Positions 1 to 10,649 of a stretch of 64,000 bases of DNA are shown piece by piece. Both the position numbers and the translations under genes were made by a program. The notes beneath the pieces are model-generated. The model was not told the origin of the DNA. It searched no databases and saw only the letters and a program-made list of their open reading frames with translations. The stretch's first letter is position 1. The number at the start of each line of letters is the position of its first letter. This DNA comes from Eukaryota sp. GEM-RC1 (Eukaryota), in NCBI GenBank assembly GCA_040285855.1, contig JAUFOQ010000004.1, forward strand, positions 1,860,001 through 1,924,000, written 5' to 3'.

Positions 1-980
1 AAAGAGAATCAGCAAACACGTGTTTGACATTGTGGAGAACAAACTAAGGATGACGTCTTCCAGTCTTCTTTTTGAGTGGTTCTTTGATTGAATTACTTGG
101 ACGTGGGTGTTATGTGTATGTTCTGGATATCAATAATTGTTACTTGTTATATTCTGTTGATCTCATACGATGTTTAAATCATGAGATTGGCTTCTGATTT
201 GACTTGTAGTAGTAGATTCGCAACATATTCCATATTTGAAATCTGAATTCCAATAGTTATCACTTCACATACTCGTAAACTGTCCATGTTTCGGATTTAA
301 CAAGAAATAACAATCATAAAAAGGAGTAACAATCCTCTCAGTAAATGAAGACAGTAAGTACGTTCTGAATTGGACCTTATCTCAACAGCAAAAGTATATT
401 TAATGGTCTATCAGACAGCTCAAGTATATAATTTACATCAATTGAAAATGTGGTTTAATTTCAGGACTCCACTTTCGTTTACAATTCAGCTTTCTAGACT
501 TAAATTTTGCTTGTAAAGTGTAAAGTTCATTAAAAAGTCTCGTGACTGTATAGACACTACAATAGAGACAACTATACAGTTCGCGTTCACCAATTTTTTA
601 TCCTACTGATGTTACGTGTTATTAACTGAAGATGACGCGCCATCTATTCTAGTTTGAATTATTATCAATGCTTCAGTTTAATAAGGTATTCCTACCTCTT
701 GGCAGCTGTATGCTATTATTTTGTTCCTATGATTACTCAATTTCGCAATATTTAGAGCAAATAATAAATCGAGTTTCAACCAATGTCATTGTTTCGTGTT
801 TGCGGTCCACTAGACAGTGCCCATACACCATCAACGTATGACATTTGAACTTTTAGATAAGAGCGAACATTGATGTTGTGCATCTTCAGATGGTAATTGA
901 TTTCTTATTGATTGTCGGTGATCACTGTTGTCATATGAATGTGAATTATGTATGCGTATAAGTATGTAATTGAACTTTGC

Positions 981-2696
981 ATGATGAGTTCTGCAGACAC
1001 AGATTCTCTTAGCCATGCTCTTAGTACTTCTTCAAGTTCCTGCTCTCCACTTACTTCCATTTCTTCGTTCCAGACACGTTCTACCAGTTCTATAAATCTA
1101 TCACAATCCTTGTTACTTTCTATCAATACTCACTTCATTAGAAGTCTGTTGAAGTCTTCACTTGAGGAATGTTGTATGTCTTCTTGTTATTCCCTGGAGA
1201 GTTCTCTACAAGCTCTACCCAATGTCTTTGACCATGTAGGTTCTGTGAGTCTAGGCTTCTTTGAATCAACATTAATAGCGGTCAAGGTGTTTCTTGAAAC
1301 AAACACGTTCATGTTAACTTCCAACGATCTTTTTCAACTTTCTGATGTCTCTTCTTTCTTTAAAGCAAATGTTCAATCTGTATTTCTTGAAGTCGCTGAG
1401 TCATTTGACATTCGATCCATTATGAACTATTCACATTGTATTTCTGTTCTATTTTTAGAAAGAGTACATCATCATATTGATTTTGATTTTCTCAGTCAGA
1501 GTTCGCCTTTTTTCCTTCCACGTCTCAAACGACTTGACGTCTATTCGCCTACTAAGTCTTCATTTACTTCTTTTTGTAAGAATCTAATGGTTAATTGTAC
1601 TGTTGAAATTTTAAATATTTCCGACTTTATTGGAGTTGAAGGTGCCAGAGCATTGGCTGAGTCATTAAAAGTTAGTTCTACGGTGAGGGAAATTAGTATG
1701 TCTGTAAACTCTATTGGTACTGAAGGTGCTATAGCTTTGGCTCAAGTTTTAAAATTCAATTTAACAATTTCTGCGATTTGTTTGAGATCTAACTCTATTG
1801 GTAACGGAGGTGCTGTGGCATTTGGAGACGCACTGAAAATGAATTCTAGTGTTGTGGATATTGATTTTGCTTCTAATTCTATTGGTTCCGAAGGTGCATC
1901 ATCACTAGCAGAAGCTTTGAAAGTAAATTCTACTGTTCTTCAAGTTGATCTAAAGAGAAACTCAATAGGGAATACCGGTGCTATTGCCCTAGCAAAAGCA
2001 TTAACTGTTAATTCTACTGTATCATCGATTGATCTCGCGTCTAACTCAATTGGTCTAGAAGGGTGCAATGTATTGGCAGACGCTTTGAAGATAAATTCTA
2101 CTGTCATTGATATTGATCTAAAGAGAAACTCAATTGGAGATGAAGGCGTCATTGCTCTGGCAGAAGCCTTGGCAATCAACTCAACTCTGACTAAACTCGA
2201 TCTATTGGAGAACTCTATTGGTAACAAAGGAGTTATAGCATTAGGGAATTCGCTGAAGCTGAACTCAACAATTACTCAAATCTATCTTCAATTGAATCAG
2301 ATTGGTAATGATGGTATCGTCGCATTGGCTGAAGGTTTAAAGGTGAACTCTTCCCTGACCCTGATCAACTTGGCCACTAACTCTATTGGCAGTACAGGGG
2401 CAGTGGCTCTGGCTGAAGCGTTGAAGGTTAATTCAACACTTGTTAGGGTTGATTTAAGGCTGAATTCAATTGGAGATGACGGTGCCATTGCAATTGCTGA
2501 AGCATTGAAAGTGAATTCATCTATTCGTATCATCAATATGCCTGCTAATCGTGTGGGGAATGAAGGTGCTATGGCATTGTTTGATGTTTTGACAGTTAAC
2601 TCTACAGTTTCTTTTATTGATCTAGCGTGCAACTCTATTGATACAAAAACTCGACAATGTCTTAAAACCTCTTCTAATGGTCGTTTATGTGCTTAG
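981..2696 (+). CDS. Ribonuclease-inhibitor-type (NLRC3-like) LRR protein with about 13 28-aa repeats after a family-specific N-terminal domain
   Basis: Uninterrupted ORF with repeated NSIGxEGAxALAEALKVNS units. Start placed at MMSSADT (981); the ORF track begins at 948. Confidence 0.9.
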   Translation: MMSSADTDSLSHALSTSSSSCSPLTSISSFQTRSTSSINLSQSLLLSINTHFIRSLLKSSLEECCMSSCYSLESSLQALPNVFDHVGSVSLGFFESTLIAVKVFLETNTFMLTSNDLFQLSDVSSFFKANVQSVFLEVAESFDIRSIMNYSHCISVLFLERVHHHIDFDFLSQSSPFFLPRLKRLDVYSPTKSSFTSFCKNLMVNCTVEILNISDFIGVEGARALAESLKVSSTVREISMSVNSIGTEGAIALAQVLKFNLTISAICLRSNSIGNGGAVAFGDALKMNSSVVDIDFASNSIGSEGASSLAEALKVNSTVLQVDLKRNSIGNTGAIALAKALTVNSTVSSIDLASNSIGLEGCNVLADALKINSTVIDIDLKRNSIGDEGVIALAEALAINSTLTKLDLLENSIGNKGVIALGNSLKLNSTITQIYLQLNQIGNDGIVALAEGLKVNSSLTLINLATNSIGSTGAVALAEALKVNSTLVRVDLRLNSIGDDGAIAIAEALKVNSSIRIINMPANRVGNEGAMALFDVLTVNSTVSFIDLACNSIDTKTRQCLKTSSNGRLCA

Positions 2697-2984
2697 TTTT
2701 GTTTCTACTTTCACTTGTAATGTGTGCGTTTATTTTAATTGTGACCTCTTTTAGACGGATTTTTGGTTCTATTTCCTTCATGAAAATCATCATGTTGTTG
2801 TTTTTAAGTTTACACCGGCAGTAGTCTGTTATTTCATAAAGGTTTGTCAGAATGTGTGTATTAATTGATAGAATGTATTTCTGTAACGCTGAAAAGTGAA
2901 ACACCAGTGTTCGTAATAAAAACCCCAGCTAAGAACAGATTTCAACAACAAATTGGAACCATTAGTCATGAAATTCATATTTGC

Positions 2985-3050
2985 TGTTGTCTGTAGACAT
3001 AGGGTGAAGTAAATTGAATTTATTATAAGGGTACTGTTCCAGTACTAACA
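2985..3050 (-). repeat. 3' LTR (66 bp)
   Basis: Exact copy of 8754-8819 with TGTT...AACA ends. Confidence 0.95.
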
Positions 3051-6000
3051 CTACTTTTTCCCCTTTCTCGAGGATCTGGTCCTCTTGGCAGGTGGAGAGG
3101 CACGGCTGGAACTACCCTGAACGCTTCGTTTCTTTCTAGTAGGTGGCTTGTAGGAGGTATTAGATTTAATAAACTCGGAATACGCTTTGGTGTTCTTTAT
3201 TTGATCCAAAGGCACCTCGGTGGTATCACCATCGAACCAGACGACTGAACAAACAGGTCCTGAGGATGAGTCGGATTGGAACAGCACCTTAATCACGATC
3301 ATTTCCTCTGAGTCACAGGAGGCGACAGCTTTGTGGAACTCGTCAGACGAGGGTTTGTCAGTGAGGTATTTCTTACATTGGTGAACACTACATTTGAACT
3401 GATGTCCAGTGATAATGTTCTGTAAGATAAGAGAGCTTGCGGTGGGCGTGTCGATGACCAGGAATGGACCTTCGAGCTTGCCGTGAAGCTTCTTAGTTTT
3501 GGAGTTAGTCTTTAGGACTAAGTCTCCACTCGAGTACAGGGACGACAAGGTTGGTTCGACAGTTATCACGGGTTGAGTGGAAGATTGATTGATCTCTGCC
3601 TCTTCCCGATTTTTCAAAATTCTTTGAATTTTTGATTGATAATCTGCCAGGAAGGAATCTTCTGATTGGCTTTCCTGTGAGAGACAAGCTAGGATCTTGT
3701 TGGGATCGCTACCAGGGCTGGTGGCTGATCCAAATATGAGTTGGTATGGGGTGAAACCTGTCACTCTACTCTTAGTTGTGTTAGCTAACAGTTAACTAAC
3801 AGTTGTACAATTGGAATGTACTTGGACCAGTTGTCGTAATCATTAAAATCGATAAGCATCTTTCTTAATGACTGCAGGATGTCTCTGTGGCGACGTTCCA
3901 CTAATCCGTTGCTTTGCGAAAAACTGGGGATGGATTTCTCCGCATCGATGTCAAAAGCCTGACACACGCCATTAAAGACATGGTTGGCAAACTCCTTGCC
4001 ATTATCGCTATGAATCAGATGGGGTATACCAAAGATGGCACATACATTACACACTAGTGCATGAGCGGTTTCTTGGGCATTGAGCTCCTTCAAGGGACAT
4101 AAAACTGAATAACGGGTAAACGAGTCTATGAATACGAGAAGGTGACAGTTTCGGAGGTGTCTGTCGGCAAAGGTCCATGGTGTCAGCGTTCATTTTTTGC
4201 AAATGGTTTGTCTGCCCAAAGGTTACTTGATGGTTTGATTTTGAGTTTTGCAAGGGGAGCTGTCTTTTGACAAGCTGGGCATTGCATGCAGTGTTTCTTC
4301 ATATCTTTGGCCATTTTGGGCCAGAAATAGTCACTAGAGTTTAGCCGATCAATGCTGACTCTTAGGCTGGGGTGGCCTGCGTGAGGGAAACCGTGGATGT
4401 GGTTCATCGTGGTTTTCCGAAGACTCACAGGGATGAGGATCTTACCATCGCTATTTAGGAATAGCTGGAGCTCTTCGTTGTATACAGCAGTGGGATGCTG
4501 AAACAATACGTCGTTGTTGTTCTTGGCTTCTACTTGTGTGGAGCGTACTTTGGATAGCCAAGCGTCAAAAAATTTTGACTTGTTGATTAATGGTTCACTA
4601 ATCATGTTGATTGACTCGGAGGTCAGCGATTGATATTCCATATCGTCATCAGAACGACACAGTCCATCGACTCTAGAGAACATCGGCTCGGGGCAAGATG
4701 TGACTAGGTTTATGTTTTCGGGTGGAGAGGTTTCAATGTTTCGAGATAACATATCTGCCCAGTGGTTGTCTTCTCCAATGGTGTGGATCACCGAGAATTG
4801 GAATTCGCTTAGGATATGTATCCAACGCTTGACTACTCTGTTTTTCTCGGGTGCTGAGATGAGGAAAGCTAGGTTTCTATGATCTGTGAAGATGGTTAGA
4901 TCCCTGCTCAGGAGGAATGATGACATGGGTGATTCCGTTAGGACCAGAACAATGGCGTACAACTCTTTCTGAATTGTTGCCCAGTTTTGTTGAGATTCCG
5001 TTAGGAGTTTGCTGTAGAAAGCTAGTGGGATAACTTTCCTGTTGTTCAAAGGAGTTCCATCTTGTGCGTTGGGAGGTATTTCCTGCCAAATGACACCACC
5101 TACGGCAATATCACTGGCGTCTGCACTAATCAGCACGCGTTGACCCTGTCTGGTAGACTGAGAAGCATGTGATTGATGATCTTATTTCTGATTGTCTCAA
5201 AATTAGATTGATGGAGTGGAGTCCATTTTACTGAACGAGCGTTGTTCTTGACTAAGCTGATGATTGGGGCCAGAAAGTCTGACGCACCTGGGATAAAGTC
5301 TTTGATGTAGTTTCTCGAACCCACGAAGCTACGAACTTCTTTGATTGTTGTTGGTACGGGCAACTCTAGGAGAGCTGTGATACGCGAAGGGTCAATACTG
5401 CGTGTATTGTTAACGAACTTACTATCCAAGATCTTTAGTGGGTGTCTCTTAGTCACAAAGTGGCATTTTGGTAGGCCAAGGTTGATTCTACGTGTGAATG
5501 CTTTGTTTAGAGCGAATCGTATTCGGCCCATAAACTCTTCGAATGTGCGGCCTACTATGATTATGTCATCGATGTAAATGAATATGCCCTCATGGTCGAA
5601 TCTTTCATACATCAAATTTTTTGGAAAATTGCCTCGGTTACTACTATCGATGTTCCATGGGAGGTTCAATTCGAGTACGCGAGTTAGAGCTTTGATCTCA
5701 TTGGAAACACAGTAGTCACCGGTAAGTTGGTACCTACGTTGATCGGGTGAACTGCATGAGTTACCATTGAGCTGAACTGTTCTTTGGAGTTGAATCTCAG
5801 CTAAATTCCTTTGAACACGTTCAAGGATCATTCGGAAATCCATTGAATATATGAATTTGACCGTGGATTCCTTCTCACAGAGGACTCTTCTAGTGTAGAA
5901 GTCAATCATCGTAGGAAGACAATTGATGCCGTCTTGGTGAGGGACATACGAGTATATTGAGGAAAACTCCTGTAAAGGCACAATATATTCTTGGTCCTGT

Positions 6001-6460
6001 TTGTATCATCGAGTTTTGTGTGGTGCAACCGGAATTAATAGATTGTTTAATTACAGTCTACAAAGCTATCAATAGAAATGGTTACTTGGTTGGATGAACG
6101 TGAGTTGAATTCACACTCGTCGTTCAAGATGGCAATGGGAGCCTATCAATCCGGATGACTGGTCCGTCTTCGTTCAGCATTCCCAACTGTTTTCAGAGAT
6201 CGATTCCCAATAATAGTTTGTTGGATCCGGGAATTATTGGGAGGGTCTAATCAACGTTTGTCAGGTAAGCTTTTATTACTGAGTACGAAGGTTAAGATGC
6301 CTTGTGCGCGATTCAAGGGCTTATACTCAGCATTGGCGGTGGATGAAGTGAGCGATGGGCATGCTGCACCTCGTAGCCAGGTCTTGTGTGATTTGGGACT
6401 GTTGCTCCACTGTCCGCAAAGACCTTGAACTGGAACTCCATCGACATTAGTCTGCAACTA
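3051..6460 (-). pseudogene. pol: Disrupted pol: protease, RT, RNase H, integrase with GPY/F motif and chromodomain-like tail
   Basis: Domain motifs are spread over several ORF fragments. An ~11-bp duplication (CTGTTAGTTAA/CTGTTAGCTAA) near 3790 breaks the integrase. Confidence 0.85.
3054..3069 (-). promoter_or_regulatory. Polypurine tract of the LTR element
   Basis: Minus strand GAGAAAGGGGAAAAAG, then the integrase stop TAG, directly abutting the 3' LTR. Confidence 0.8.
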
Positions 6461-6741
6461 AGGAATGAAGGTGAGTTCTGACTACATTGCTGAATGTGCG
6501 ATTCAGGCTTTATTGAATTCATACCACAACTGTTACTGATGTTACTGAGTGGGTTTGGGAAGTTGGTCGGAACCGTTTTCGATGATGGTTGTGTTAAGTG
6601 ATGAACACTTTCAATGTCAAATACGCTCAAATATCTAACAGTGTTTTATTTAGTATTCTGGTAAGGGATGATCCCAAGAGAATATGTTGTCGATACAAAG
6701 GATCAGGTAAGAAACCAAAAACCTTGGATCTTGCTTGCTTT

Positions 6742-6892
6742 GAGAAAAGGATGAGATGTTGAATCAGTGTCCTTGATTCTCGTTTGTGTGGAGAAAAGGA
6801 TGAGATGTTGAATCAGTGTCCTTGATTCTCGTTTGTGTGGAGAAAAGGATGAGATGTTGAATCAGTGTCCTTGATTCTCGTTTGTGTGGAGA
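6742..6892. repeat. Tandem repeat, 3 x 49 bp, inside the LTR element
   Basis: Unit GAGAAAAGGATGAGATGTTGAATCAGTGTCCTTGATTCTCGTTTGTGTG starts at 6742, 6791 and 6840. Confidence 0.95.
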
Positions 6893-6899
6893 CAGACCA

Positions 6900-8769
6900 T
6901 AGGAGGTTGTATTGTTTGCTGTGAATAGAATCGAATAAAATGGTCTTTCAACTCGTAATATACGTTCGGAGAACATCCTCGTCTGAAAAAGGATATTGTT
7001 GAGCAGCGGTTGGATAGCTGTTACTATAGAAAGTTAAACAGTTTATTGAATTGTGACAGCAGCAGGAGACATCCGTATCTCTTAAACACTAAGAAAAACT
7101 ATCGGATGTTGGCTGTACACGGGGCTTGGGGAAGCTAACTCACTTAAGGAAAAGAGAGATTTTGTGGGAGGTGGAAGATTTTGTGGAAAAAATTGTTCAA
7201 CTTTTTTGATTCAAGGTTTGAAGTAGCTCTATGAGCAAGTCCTGTCGATACACTACTAACGTTTTGCTGTGGAGAGCTGTTGATAGTGTACCTGAATCTT
7301 CAGTTAGAGTTTGAGGCTGTGGATAGATGCCATCAGCGGATAAACGGACATCTAGTGGAGATGGAATTTTTTTTTGAAGAGAAATTCGTCAATTGTGAAA
7401 TTGACCCAGAATCAACTTCGTGGATCGGAACCACGTTCGTTGGCAAAAGATGACAGAATCCGTTTGGTAACGATGCGTCAGAAAGGAATCAGGTTTGCTT
7501 CTGTCATCAAAGACAGTGAGTATACCTCTAATACACTATGAAAGAGGCATTTCGGGGATGAACTTCATGCGAATAGCAGTAGTAGCATTGTAAAGTGGGT
7601 CTGTACGACCGGATTCTAAACAGCCAGGTGCTTGGTTGAGAGTGTTCACCGTATAAGAAACTGATGAAACCTGCGTGAATTGAGATTGAACATGGAAGAA
7701 CAGTCTGCTTTGTTGAAATTCATGAACCATGTTCAAATAGAAGAGAAACACAGTTCGAACAGCTTGTAGAGTACGCAACTTGAAGCATCCTACGATCGGC
7801 TTGTTTTAGTTCTTTTCAGTTAATCCTTGTTGGAAAGACCAGTTGGGGCCTGGAATAACTTTGAGGAACCCGTCTTGGAAGACCTGACAGGTATAAACCC
7901 TTGTACGGGAATTATAGGATGGGGTTGGAACCCTCTCGTATCAGGCCTTGACGGCGGAGGTTGAGAATGGTCAGATGAGCCTCTAGTAGGCGTCCGACCA
8001 GACTCTTCATCATCAGATACGTCATAGTCACATAGATCTACTAAATCAGGGTCCACGGTGGGAGTGATGTAAGAAACTATGGATTTTACACCAACATGAG
8101 GAACGGAATCCTGAGCACGTGGAGTCGACGAGGCATCAACTGTGGGAAGTGATGAGGGAACAGAACCCTTCTGAGACTTTTTCAGGGGAGCACTTTTGAA
8201 AGTGGCTTTTGGCAAAGACTTACGTGGAGGGAGACCTGAGTCTCGTTCCGGGGCAAACTTAAACCCTCCTGATGGCGACATGGGAGTTGCTGAAGAAGAG
8301 AGTTGTAGGGAAGTAAAAGGCTTGTTGGAAGTATGAACTCCGCTGAACATAGCTCTAATCCTCTCAAAAGATGGGCTTGATAGAGGAGGTGTATCCTTGG
8401 GTACAGACCTCGGAAAAGTGGTCTCTTGAAGAACGGAATCTTCTGTAGAGATGGAACTCTGAAGGGCGGGACCTTCCGAAGAGCTATCCACTTGGATAGT
8501 AGTATCTTCCACATGAGTAGAAGGAAGGGTGGAACCTTCAACTACCGGAATCCTTTGAAGGGCGGAACCTCCTGGGGAGTTTGCGGAGTTTGAGGAGTAG
8601 GGACGGAACCTACAACCTCGGAGAATCTTTGGGAGGTTATTGGAAGGGCGGAACCTTCTATAACAAACCTACTCATTGTAGGGTCCTGAGACTCTGGAGA
8701 ATGAGGGGGTTGAGCGTCACACGGGGCGGAACCGCAAGGGACACAATAATTATTGTTGTCTGTAGACAT
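6900..8769 (-). pseudogene. Fragmented gag-position ORF (Ser/Pro-rich N-terminus)
   Basis: Minus-strand ORF pieces lie between the 5' LTR and the protease. Called from position only; no gag motif recognised. Confidence 0.5.
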
Positions 8770-8819
8770 AGGGTGAAGTAAATTGAATTTATTATAAGGG
8801 TACTGTTCCAGTACTAACA
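8754..8819 (-). repeat. 5' LTR (66 bp)
   Basis: Exact copy of 2985-3050. Confidence 0.95.
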
Positions 8820-9310
8820 TTGCCCATTGACATCTTGATGTATTTCGATATAGTTCGTTTCTTCAACTTGGGCATCGATTGTAAGTATTTGTATTTGAAA
8901 GTTTCTCAATCGAGGCTTTCTCTGCACTTCGGAAAAGTACTTCGAAAAGATGACAAAAATTGACAGCTCATGAAAGAAAGTTGTTATCGGCGTAAATGAT
9001 GTTTTCTATCGTTTGTTCTGATTGAACCAATTCAAAAAAATTAGAATTAAGTAATTGTGATGACGAATAACAGAACCAATTTTATGGTTAACGGAGCGCA
9101 GATATTGTTGTCCCTTCTTCTTCAGACAAATTGTTAATTGTCTATGTGGTGTCTGTGGATGTTTGTAAAGAGGCATCTTTAAAGGATGCTTACTCTGAAA
9201 CTTCCCCCTTTAGACATTGCTGAACAAGCCAAACAGGATAAGTACAAAAACATGAATTTTCACCTGATGAAAAACTTGAACATACTCTCACCTTTTGATT
9301 CAACTTCTCA

Positions 9311-9967
9311 ATGCTTCCGTCGTCCTCTACCCTCCCCATCAACTCTCTGTTGAAGTCATCTGTACTGAAAACTTCTCCCTTGTCATCTATATCACACTAT
9401 GTCGCACCTCTAAGATTCTTTTTTGCTGTTAGTTCATCTTACTGTATCAACAAACTAAGACTTCTTCTCTTCCCTTTTCTCCATCGTACTTTTGCCCCCC
9501 GTCCTTCCACAGATGAACAAAGATTCCCTCCTAGTGCTGACATCCACGCTCCAGACATGTATCTATCCACAGTGTCCTTTCTCCTCTGTCTCTTCACCCT
9601 CTCCTTATCTTCTTTCCTTCTCAAATCCCCTCCTACTTTCTCTTCCTTCTCTTGGAGAGTCTTTTGGATTCTTGCACTTACTCTCACTACCTGTAAGATC
9701 TCTCTTTCTGTTCTCTCCACAGTTCAGCTATCCACCTTCGATTGTTCAGCACTATTGCTCTACTCCCTTGTTTATTCTGGTATTGTTAGATTCATTGGCT
9801 GTATTTCAAGTGTCCTCTGGTGGCTTAGTCTGGGTTATTCATGGGCTTCTTATGGCTACTTTCTGTATTTTAGTATGTTTTCCTTGGTAGAGAAGAAGTC
9901 TAAGAAGCAACTGGGATTGATATTCATGGCGTGTGGTTGTTTAAACGTGTTTATTATATCATTTTAA
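9311..9967 (+). CDS. YIF1: YIF1-family ER-Golgi membrane trafficking protein
   Basis: LRFFFAVSSSYCINKLRLLLFPFLH and DIHAPDMYL match the YIF1 signatures (YYFAV...KLxLLxFPYxH; DxNAPDLY), followed by hydrophobic helices. Start is uncertain. Confidence 0.8.
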   Translation: MLPSSSTLPINSLLKSSVLKTSPLSSISHYVAPLRFFFAVSSSYCINKLRLLLFPFLHRTFAPRPSTDEQRFPPSADIHAPDMYLSTVSFLLCLFTLSLSSFLLKSPPTFSSFSWRVFWILALTLTTCKISLSVLSTVQLSTFDCSALLLYSLVYSGIVRFIGCISSVLWWLSLGYSWASYGYFLYFSMFSLVEKKSKKQLGLIFMACGCLNVFIISF

Positions 9968-10649
9968 GCAGGATTACCTAAAGGTCTGCACACGACGTGA
10001 CGAATGCCACGTGTCAGTAACGTTGTTTTGTCTTATTATTGTTGATTGTCTGCATTTGGAACACACATTTCCTTCTTTCTTGTACATTAATTGAATATCT
10101 CAAGTAAAGAGATCTCAGCTGGTTTATGATCATTCTATAAAAAAGAAGTTGTTTATAAATAGGTTTTTTTGAATAACACTGTCAAATTTCGGGCATGATT
10201 AAATATTATCATGATGACGTCATCTGACGTTAATTACTTTGTATTAACAGAAACACACTATTCATTTACCATTAACCTGCTTATTGAGAAGAACTACAAG
10301 GAACTCTTTCTAAATTAATGTTTATAAAAGACCCAGTTTAAAAAGTAACCACGAATTACAAGCCTGATCATTAGGAAAAATTACTTGTACATGTAGTGTT
10401 TACTTCTTTTTGAAATGAGAATGAGTTAATCTATTGAAAAAACGATTAAAACAATCTTCAACCATAATATTACAAATACTGAGTGAATAATTAAGATATA
10501 TATACACAAGCATAAATGAATTGAGACTTTCCAATTCGGAAAAAACATTACGTTATTGTGATCATGGATCGACTAAGTGGGAGAAAATCTGAACTTAACG
10601 TAATGGAAAGGAAAATAAACAATAATAAAACAAATAACAACACCAAATA

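Larger units (their letters stand above)
2985..8819 (-). mobile_element. Ty3/gypsy LTR retrotransposon (gag-PR-RT-RH-IN-chromo-like), 5835 bp, coding regions disrupted
   Basis: Identical 66-bp TG...CA repeats at 2985-3050 and 8754-8819. 4-bp TSD TTGC (2981-2984, 8820-8823). Minus-strand motifs in gypsy order: FADSGA, YIDD, ADASDIAVGG...KELYAI...TDHRNL, HHCC finger, SDNGKEF...NGLVER, GPF. Confidence 0.95.

Noticed and set aside
1940..2632. Antisense ORFs over the LRR gene, and similar short shadow ORFs across the window
   Set aside because: They are by-products of repetitive or biased coding on the opposite strand and show no motifs.
6742..6892. CRISPR-like appearance of the repeats here and at 8461-8733
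   Set aside because: The first has no spacers; the second is degenerate and irregular. The context is a eukaryotic retroelement with no cas genes.
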